From Planctomycetota bacterium (GTDB taxonomy: Bacteria > Planctomycetota > Phycisphaerae > Phycisphaerales > UBA5793), in contig CAUJHZ010000076.1 of assembly GCA_963205185.1 (NCBI GenBank), forward strand, positions 17,157 to 81,156: a DNA stretch of 64,000 bases, given 5' to 3'. The stretch's first letter is position 1. Every line of letters begins with the position of its first letter. The translations under genes and the position numbers were made by a program. Below, piece by piece: positions 57,307 through 64,000 of this stretch. The notes under the pieces were generated by a model, which saw only the letters and a list, made by a program, of their open reading frames with translations, made no database searches and was not told the origin of the DNA.

Positions 57307-60300
57307 CTACTGATCACCGGGCCGCACATCGCGGCCGCCAAACAGTGAGTAGAGCGCCGGCAGAACGAACAGCGTCAGGAGGTTGTCCGAGAGGATGCCG
57401 CCGATGACGACCGTGGCCAGCGGCCGCTGCACCTCGGCCCCGACTCCGGTGTTGAGGGCCATGGGCACAAACCCCAGCGCGGCGACGAGGCCGGTCATGA
57501 GAATCGGCCGCAGACGGATCAGGCGCGTCTGCTCGATCGCCTCGCTGATGGGCGCACCGGCCGCGATACGCTGGCGAATGGTGGATACGAGCACGAGGCC
57601 CGAGAGCATCGACACGCCCGAGACGGCGATGAACCCGACGGCTGCGGAAATCGTGAAGTCGAGATCGCGCAGGAGCAGTGCCGCCACCCCGCCGAACGCC
57701 GCGAAAGGCGCGCCGGTTAGCACCAGCAGCGAATCGACGATGCTGCCGATGCTGAGATAGAGCAGCAGCGCGATCGACGCAATGACGAGCGGGATAATGA
57801 AGAACAAGCGGCGGGTCGCGCGGTCGTAGTGCTCGAACTGCCCGCCAAAGGCAACGTAGTAGCCCGGCGGCATCGGCACGTCGGCGGTGATGCGCTGGCG
57901 CGCTTCGGCGACAAATCCGCCCAGGTCGCGGCCGCGCACATTGGCCTGGACGACGATGCGGCGCTTGCCCCACTCGCGGTTGACCACGGTCGGGCCGTCC
58001 ACGAAGGACACCCGCGCCAGGCGGGCAAGCGGAAGCCGCCCGCCGTCGGCTGTAGGCACGAGAATCTCGCCCACGGCGTCGGGATCATTGCGATATCGAT
58101 CCGGCAGTTCGAGGGTGAGATCAAAGCGGCGCTGGCCGTCACGGACATGACCGATGCGCACCTCGCCGAGCGCTTCGACGATCTCAAGCACGTGGCGCGC
58201 CGGGACGCCGTATCGGGCGATAGCGTCCTGATCGACGCGGATTTCGAGCACCGGCGCGCCCGTCACCTGCTCGACGGTGACCGAATCGGCGCCTGGAATG
58301 GAATCGACGATCGACTGCACCTGCGCTGCGATCGTCGCCAGTTGTTCGATCTCGTCGCCAAAAATCATGAGTCCGACGTCGGCGCGAACGCCGGCGACCA
58401 TTTCATTCATCCGCATCTCGATGGGCTGCGTCATAATGGCCTTGATTCCCGGCAGCGACTGGAGATCGGTCGAGATCATCGCCGACAGCTCGGCCTGCGA
58501 CGCGGCACGTGTCCAGTTCGCGCGAGGATTGAGCGTGATGTACACGTCGTTCTGCTCCAAGCCCATCGGATCGGTGGCTACGGCCGGCGTGCCCAGGCGC
58601 GTCCAGATGCGATCGATTTCGTCTGGATACCGGTCAAGCAGAAACTGCTCAATGCGAGTGTTGTATTCAACGGACTGGTCGATCGAGACGCCGGCGAGCC
58701 GCACGACGTTCGCCGCGATGGCTTCTTCGTAGAGGCGCGGAATGAACGCCGTGCCGAGCCGCCCGGCCAGCACAACGCACAGGCCCACGACGAGCACACC
58801 GAAGGCGGCGACGAGCAAGCGAAACCTGAGCGCGACGTGGATGAACGGCCGGTACACCCACTGCATGGAGCGGACGAGCCAGTTCTCGCGCTCGTGCATG
58901 CGCCGGCTGATGAGGAGGCTGCAGAGGACTGGCGTCAGCGTGAGCGAGAAGATGAGCGAACTGAGAAGCGCGAACACGACGGTGAGCGCCATCGGGCGAA
59001 ACATCTTGCCCTCGACGCCTTCGAGAAGCAGGATCGGCAGGAACACCACCATGATGATCAGTTCGCCGTACATCGTCGGCTTGCGCACTTCAACCGAAGC
59101 GTCGCGCACGATGTCGAGTATCGGGGTCTTCGCGCCCGCGTCATTGTCGTGGCCGATGCGGCGGACGCAGTTCTCGACGATGATGACCGAACTGTCCACG
59201 ACGAGCCCGAAATCGATGGCGCCGAGGCTGAGCAGGCTGGCGGCGATGCCGAATTGCATCATCATCGAAAACGAGAACAGCATCGCCAGCGGGATCGCCA
59301 GCGCCACGATCAATCCCGCCCGGAGATTGCCCAGGAAAACAAACAGCACCGCCACGACGAAAAGCGCGCCCAGCAGCAGGTTCTCCGACACGGTGTGAAT
59401 GACGTGATCGACAAGGTACGTGCGCTGGTAGACCACCTCCACATCGATGTTGTCGGGCAGCGACGGGCGGATCTGCTCGAGCCGCTTGGCGAGGAGGTTG
59501 GTCACCTCGTGGCTGTTCTCACCCATGAGCATGAACCCGAGCCCGAGCACCGCCTCGCCGTCACCCTGGGCCGTGACGGCGCCGCGCCGGATCTCATGGC
59601 CTTCGCGCACCTCGGCCACGTCGCGCACGCGCACCGGCGTGCCGCCTACAGCCTTGATGACCGCGTTGGCGATCTGATCGAGCGTCGTGGTCAGCGCCAG
59701 CCCGTGCACCATCATCGACTCGCCGCCGCGCGTCACCTGCCCGCCGCCGACGCTGGCGTTGTTCTTCTCGAGGGCCGCGGCGATCTCATCGAGCGTGAGG
59801 CTGAACTTGATCAGTTGCGTCGGCTCGACGACGACCTCGAACTGCTTGACCAGTCCGCCCCACGTGTTGACCTCCGCCACGCCGGGCACCTGGCGCAGCT
59901 GCGGCGCGATGATCCAATCCTGTGCCGTGGTAAGTTCGGTCAGGCTTGCCGGGCTGTCGCCCTTGCCGACGACAAGGTAGTGGAAGACCTCGCCCAGGCC
60001 GGTCGCCACCGGACCCATTTCCGGCCGTTCGATTCCTTCAGGCAATTGAATTCCGCCGAGCCGCTCGTTGATCAACTGGCGCGCGAAGTAGATGTCGGTG
60101 CCATCTTCGAACGTAACGGTGACCTGCGACAGGCCGAATTTGGATACCGATCGAACCCCGGAGAGGCCGGGAAGGCCGGAGATGGCGACTTCGACCGGAA
60201 ACGTGATCTGCTGCTCGATCTCCTCGGGCGAGAGCGCCGGCGCCACGGTGTTGATCTGCACCTGCACCGGCGTCGTGTCGGGGAAGGCGTCGATGGGCAG

Positions 60301-60399
60301 ATGCGCCATCGAGTACACCCCCCATGCAACGAACACCAGCGTGCCAAGGATGACGAGCAGCCGGTGGCGAAGCGACCAGTTGATGATCCAGTTCAACAT
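57307..60399 (-). CDS. czcA: Heavy-metal efflux RND permease (CzcA/CusA family), 1030 aa
   Basis: L.IDAFPD.T..QV, SKFGLSQV, GAIDFG..VD.S...VEN, EG+MF.PMA.T, RLRPILMT, GAEVQRPLA.VVIGG. Start set at MLNWI. Confidence 0.93.
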   Translation of the reverse strand: MLNWIINWSLRHRLLVILGTLVFVAWGVYSMAHLPIDAFPDTTPVQVQINTVAPALSPEEIEQQITFPVEVAISGLPGLSGVRSVSKFGLSQVTVTFEDGTDIYFARQLINERLGGIQLPEGIERPEMGPVATGLGEVFHYLVVGKGDSPASLTELTTAQDWIIAPQLRQVPGVAEVNTWGGLVKQFEVVVEPTQLIKFSLTLDEIAAALEKNNASVGGGQVTRGGESMMVHGLALTTTLDQIANAVIKAVGGTPVRVRDVAEVREGHEIRRGAVTAQGDGEAVLGLGFMLMGENSHEVTNLLAKRLEQIRPSLPDNIDVEVVYQRTYLVDHVIHTVSENLLLGALFVVAVLFVFLGNLRAGLIVALAIPLAMLFSFSMMMQFGIAASLLSLGAIDFGLVVDSSVIIVENCVRRIGHDNDAGAKTPILDIVRDASVEVRKPTMYGELIIMVVFLPILLLEGVEGKMFRPMALTVVFALLSSLIFSLTLTPVLCSLLISRRMHERENWLVRSMQWVYRPFIHVALRFRLLVAAFGVLVVGLCVVLAGRLGTAFIPRLYEEAIAANVVRLAGVSIDQSVEYNTRIEQFLLDRYPDEIDRIWTRLGTPAVATDPMGLEQNDVYITLNPRANWTRAASQAELSAMISTDLQSLPGIKAIMTQPIEMRMNEMVAGVRADVGLMIFGDEIEQLATIAAQVQSIVDSIPGADSVTVEQVTGAPVLEIRVDQDAIARYGVPARHVLEIVEALGEVRIGHVRDGQRRFDLTLELPDRYRNDPDAVGEILVPTADGGRLPLARLARVSFVDGPTVVNREWGKRRIVVQANVRGRDLGGFVAEARQRITADVPMPPGYYVAFGGQFEHYDRATRRLFFIIPLVIASIALLLYLSIGSIVDSLLVLTGAPFAAFGGVAALLLRDLDFTISAAVGFIAVSGVSMLSGLVLVSTIRQRIAAGAPISEAIEQTRLIRLRPILMTGLVAALGFVPMALNTGVGAEVQRPLATVVIGGILSDNLLTLFVLPALYSLFGGRDVRPGDQ

Positions 60400-60450
60400 C
60401 AGCAGACTCCGGAGGCGTCGGCGCCCGGGCCGGCCCGTGCGCAAGCGCAT

Positions 60451-61953
60451 CTACTTCTTGAGGTGATCCACTTCGCAGCAGCCGGCGCCGACCGAGTTCT
60501 TGAGGATCTCGTTCTTGAGAATGAAACTGCCTCGCGAAACGACGATGTCGCCGGCTTCGAGCCCCTGGAGCACCTCGTAGTGATCGCCTGCGTCAAAGCC
60601 GAGTACGAGCCGGGCCGGCTGAAAAGTGAGCGGATCGGATTCCGACCGGCGGAACGCCACGTTGCAGCAGCCTTCCCACTGCACGGCTTGCTTGGGCAGC
60701 ATGAGCGCGGCCCGCGCCTCGCCCACATCAATCCGGGCCCGCCCGAACATGTGGGCTCGCAGCAGGCCGTCTGAGTTGTCAAACTCGACGCGAGCGCGCA
60801 AGGTGCGCGTCGCCGGATCGAGAGCGGTGCTGATCCACGTGACTCGCCCGGGGAAGACGATGCCCCTGAGCCCGTCGAGCAGGAGCGTCGCCGGCTGGCC
60901 GATCCGCACCGTGGCCAGATCGGCTTCGGCCAGATCGACCATCGCCCACATGGTGCGCGTGTCGCCGATTGTCATGATCGACTGCCCCGGCGCGATGACC
61001 TCGCCCACGACCGCCGAGCGTTCAATCACCGTGCCGTCGAACGCCGCGAGCACCTCCAGCAGCGAAGACGTGTCGCCATCGGACTCGACGGCTGTGATCT
61101 GTTCACTGGTCAAGCCAAGATTGGCCAGCCGCTGACGGGCCCTACTGACGGTGATGCGGGCTTCGGCGAGACGCGTGTTGGCTTCGAGCGCCTCGCGTTC
61201 GATGCCGATGCCCTTTTCGACGAGGTCGCGCTCGCGCTGCGCGTTGGCCTGCCAGAGTTTCATCATCTCGATCGCCTGGAGCAGGTCCGACTTCGCTGAG
61301 CCGAGTTCGGTGGACTCCACAACGGCGATGGCTTCGCCGGCGCGAACGTGCTCGCCGAGGTCTTTGAGAACCGCGGTCACCACGCCCGCCGCCCTTGAGG
61401 AAACGCGCGCATAGCGGTTTGTGTTGTACGTGACCTGCGCGTTGCGCTCGATGATGCGCACCAGCGGTCGGGGCGAGACCTCGAAGTACTCGAATCCTGC
61501 CGCAGTCAACGCCTCGGGCGTACTGAGGGTAACCGGTGTCGATGACGTAACGCAGCCCATCGAAGGCTCGCGCTGCCAGCGCAATTCAGCTCCGGCGGCC
61601 GCGGCGCGGCGCGAGAGTTCTTCGCCTGCTCGCGGGTTGCACACCTTGCACTGGGATTCGGGCACTGCATGCTCTTCGCACCAGTCGCCCGCCGCGATGA
61701 ACGCCGCTTTCAGCAGCGGCCTGCACGGCACGCAGAGCGCCTCAGGCACGCCGTGTTCATTGCACATCCCGAGGCGATCGATCCTCGTCGGGTCGCAGAA
61801 CGGGCACTTTGCCTGGTCGATGTCGTGAGGGCAGGTCTGTCCGCTGATCACGGGCTGCTGCCCTGACGCTTCGGGCGTGACGCCGAGCAGGACTGCCCAA
61901 GTCAACGCACAACCGAGCGCGATGAGTGCGGATTGACGGAGCATCGCCATCAT
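60451..61953 (-). CDS. RND periplasmic adaptor (CzcB-like) with N-terminal 9-Cys/3-His module
   Basis: Lipoyl/barrel MFP core (RVSSRAAGVV..V...G..V..G, A.FDGTV.ER, G.VT.I...LD..TRT...R); Cys/His module at 61633-61833; two CC pairs. Confidence 0.88.
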   Translation of the reverse strand: MMAMLRQSALIALGCALTWAVLLGVTPEASGQQPVISGQTCPHDIDQAKCPFCDPTRIDRLGMCNEHGVPEALCVPCRPLLKAAFIAAGDWCEEHAVPESQCKVCNPRAGEELSRRAAAAGAELRWQREPSMGCVTSSTPVTLSTPEALTAAGFEYFEVSPRPLVRIIERNAQVTYNTNRYARVSSRAAGVVTAVLKDLGEHVRAGEAIAVVESTELGSAKSDLLQAIEMMKLWQANAQRERDLVEKGIGIEREALEANTRLAEARITVSRARQRLANLGLTSEQITAVESDGDTSSLLEVLAAFDGTVIERSAVVGEVIAPGQSIMTIGDTRTMWAMVDLAEADLATVRIGQPATLLLDGLRGIVFPGRVTWISTALDPATRTLRARVEFDNSDGLLRAHMFGRARIDVGEARAALMLPKQAVQWEGCCNVAFRRSESDPLTFQPARLVLGFDAGDHYEVLQGLEAGDIVVSRGSFILKNEILKNSVGAGCCEVDHLKK

Positions 61954-62576
61954 CCACCTCCTTGTTTCGAGGAGTGATCAAGATCGGGATTGCATTGCAG
62001 GCACTGCGACTCGGGCGTCTCGTGCTCGGCGCACCAGTCGCCCTTGGCCACGAACGCTGTCTTGAGATAAGGCCGGCACTGCACGCACAGCGCCTCGGCG
62101 ATCTCGTGTTCCTTGCAGAAGCCCGCCGACTCGATGAGGCTCGGCGTGCAGAACGGACACTTGGCAGATGCGATACCGTGTTCGCAATTGGCCGGGTCCG
62201 ATCCACTCGGTGCGTCGGCGGGCATGGCGCCGCCGTGCTCGCCCGGCCTGATCTTCGCCGCGAGTTCGGGGTTGCAGGCCATGCACTGCGACTCCGGCGT
62301 GTTGTGCTCGGCGCACCAGTCATCGTTGGCGCGGAACGCAGCATTGAGGTACGGCCGGCACTTGGCACAGAGCGCCTCGGCGACGCCGTGTTCGCCGCAG
62401 AAGCCGTCCGCCGCGACCATTTCGGGGTTGCAGAACGGGCACTTCTCCTGCTTGATCTCGTGCGGGCAGCGACCGTCGGCTGACTGGTCGCTGGAGTTCC
62501 CTGATTCGCCGCAGCCAGCCAACGCGATGCACACGCCGGTCACAAACACGAAAGCAACATGAGCAAGTCTTTGCAT
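61950..62576 (-). CDS. Cys/His-rich lipoprotein made of two tandem 65-aa modules (putative metal-binding protein)
   Basis: Lipobox LAG-C; two copies of CxH-x6-CPFC-x10-CxEH-x6-Cx2C-x13-WCxEH-x6-Cx2C; coupled to neighbours (2-nt gap upstream, ATGA overlap downstream). Confidence 0.85.
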   Translation of the reverse strand: MQRLAHVAFVFVTGVCIALAGCGESGNSSDQSADGRCPHEIKQEKCPFCNPEMVAADGFCGEHGVAEALCAKCRPYLNAAFRANDDWCAEHNTPESQCMACNPELAAKIRPGEHGGAMPADAPSGSDPANCEHGIASAKCPFCTPSLIESAGFCKEHEIAEALCVQCRPYLKTAFVAKGDWCAEHETPESQCLQCNPDLDHSSKQGGG

Positions 62577-62578
62577 GA

Positions 62579-64000
62579 TTAATCCTCCGCCCTGTATTGG
62601 GGCTCCGTGGGTAATGAGTCTTGTCGTTTGAGCGGCGGCGCGCCGGCTGCGGGAATCAGCAGTTCGTCATCGCCGACAATCTGAAACAGGCGCGCCCGGG
62701 CCGCGGCCACCTCGCCGCTGAACTCGATCGCCGTAGTGCGCGCCTCAGTAAGCGTTCGCTGAGCGTCGATGACATCGAGAAATGACGCATGTCCGCCGCC
62801 GTACGCCTCGGTGGTCTGCTCGAACGCCTGTTCGGCCGCGGGCAGGATCTGCGTTCGCACCGCCTCCAGTTGGACGCGCGATGCTTCGTACTCGCCGTGC
62901 GCCGCCGCCAGCCGGCTGAGCAAATCAGTCTCCAGCGCCTCACGGTGCTGCCTGGCCTGCATGAGCGCGTAGCGAGCTGCGAGAATCTCGCCGCGCCGAT
63001 CATCCCAGATCGGCAGCGTCATGCCGATGCCCAGTTCGTAGATTGGCTCATTGCTCTCGCCGCGATAGCCCACGCCGGCATGCAACTCCAGATCGGGTGT
63101 GCGCTCCGCTTTGATCGCCTGCAGGCGCGCCTCGGCCGCATCGATTTCGCGATCGGCCGCGCGGAGCGCGGGATGGTCCCGCCGCAGATGCGATTGGAAC
63201 GCCACCAGATCGAGCCCTGGCGGCGAAGTGTCGAGGGATCCTTCGAGCCGCGTCACATCCACTGCCGCTCCACCGATCGCCAGCGAAAGCTGCGCCGCTG
63301 TGGCGACTTGCTCCTTGTCCAGCCGGGTGCGAAGCAGCCGAATGCGGTACACCTCGATCCCCGCCTTCGTCGCTTCCGTGCGCGGCGCTGCGCGCGCTTC
63401 AAAGCGCGCCTGCGCCGACGCAAGCGTCTGCTCGGCCAGGTCGGCGAGGCTCGCATACAAGCGGCTTGTTTCGCGGATCGTCACCAGACGATTGTGCAGC
63501 AGCGCCACTTCGCTCAGCACCTCTCGCTCGACGACTTGCACTCGCGCCTCGCTCACGGCCTGTTCGGCGCGCGCCGCGTCACGCCCTTCGTCGAGCCGAC
63601 TGCCGATCACGATCGGCTGCGTGATGCTCAGGACGGTGGAGCCCTCATTGAGCACGCCTGGCCCGAACGGAACTTCTTCCGATGAAACTCCGACTGTGGG
63701 GTTGGGGTAAAGCGAAGATTGCAGCGCTCGACCCGCCGCAACTCCGACACCGCTTCGAGCGGCGGCGATGCGCGGATTGAACCGCCGGGCCAGTTCCCAA
63801 AGATCAGCCAGACCAACAGGCCCATCGACGGGAAGTGCAGACGAGGCGACGTCGGCCGTCTGCGAGGCGTCCTGAAGGTCCAGCGGCGCCGGCACCCCGC
63901 GGCCCACGAGTTCCGCGATCGCTGCGCGCTCCGACGGCGGCGAATGCAGGCCGCGCGATGCGCACGACGCCGCGCACATCGCCAGGATGACTGCCGCACC
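62579..64000 (-). CDS. TolC/CzcC family outer-membrane efflux protein; start lies beyond the window end
   Basis: Two OEP repeats (YPNP.V, Q.I.IG..L, P.L.L..G, G.TLPIWD..RG.I, AY..G...FLDVIDAQR). Frame open to nt 64000 within the signal peptide (GAAVILAMCAASC). Confidence 0.9.
   Translation of the reverse strand, partial: GAAVILAMCAASCASRGLHSPPSERAAIAELVGRGVPAPLDLQDASQTADVASSALPVDGPVGLADLWELARRFNPRIAAARSGVGVAAGRALQSSLYPNPTVGVSSEEVPFGPGVLNEGSTVLSITQPIVIGSRLDEGRDAARAEQAVSEARVQVVEREVLSEVALLHNRLVTIRETSRLYASLADLAEQTLASAQARFEARAAPRTEATKAGIEVYRIRLLRTRLDKEQVATAAQLSLAIGGAAVDVTRLEGSLDTSPPGLDLVAFQSHLRRDHPALRAADREIDAAEARLQAIKAERTPDLELHAGVGYRGESNEPIYELGIGMTLPIWDDRRGEILAARYALMQARQHREALETDLLSRLAAAHGEYEASRVQLEAVRTQILPAAEQAFEQTTEAYGGGHASFLDVIDAQRTLTEARTTAIEFSGEVAAARARLFQIVGDDELLIPAAGAPPLKRQDSLPTEPQYRAED

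Noticed and set aside
57829-60774. 981-aa plus-strand ORF
   Set aside because: Antisense shadow of czcA; high-GC coding strands leave long stop-free reverse frames, and it has no recognisable motifs.
61633-62468. Cys/His repeats as c-type heme motifs or a CRISPR-like array
   Set aside because: The order is C-x-H...CxxC, not CxxCH; the repeats are degenerate, in-frame and protein-coding, not identical repeats with spacers.
1-64000. tRNA, rRNA, CRISPR array, IS/integrase, pseudogenes
   Set aside because: No T-loop/acceptor pattern, repeat-spacer array, transposase motif or broken frame was seen by eye; a tRNAscan/Infernal/CRISPR-finder run would be decisive.

Overview
High-GC bacterial chromosome segment, densely coding, with about 47 intact genes and two CDSs cut by the window edges. 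The IHF/HU motif variant, PEP-CTERM-like tail and pilin-locus style suggest Planctomycetota, probably Phycisphaerae (inference). In order: a stress cluster (SRPBCC, Zn-dependent dehydrogenase, DUF892 ferritin-like); an SPFH protein; an acyl-CoA carboxyltransferase coupled to a 1455-aa AsmA-like protein; a 16-kb type IV pilus/T2SS-like locus (two PilB/GspE, PilT, PilC, five prepilins and a giant 1331-aa GspK/PilX-like subunit); a minimal pqiAB; an ABC permease-NHL fusion; bioF, HU and trpF; a PEP-CTERM-like protein; an LPS/EPS cluster; an orphan fliM; dsbD; wecA plus an O-antigen-ligase-TPR gene; ggt; pepP-accB-accC; and a heavy-metal RND operon. I saw no tRNA, rRNA, CRISPR array, transposase or integrase. 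Best leads: (1) a 65-aa 9-Cys/3-His module present twice in a lipoprotein inside the RND operon and once in its adaptor; (2) the giant K-type pilin, built of alternating codon-usage blocks; (3) a permease-NHL fusion that keeps an internal lipobox; (4) a PEP-CTERM protein with thioester-domain motifs; (5) DsbD with an extra Cys-less thioredoxin copy. All family calls come from motif recognition by eye; no database searches were run. Several start codons were moved from the ORF track using RBS, overlap or homology logic.
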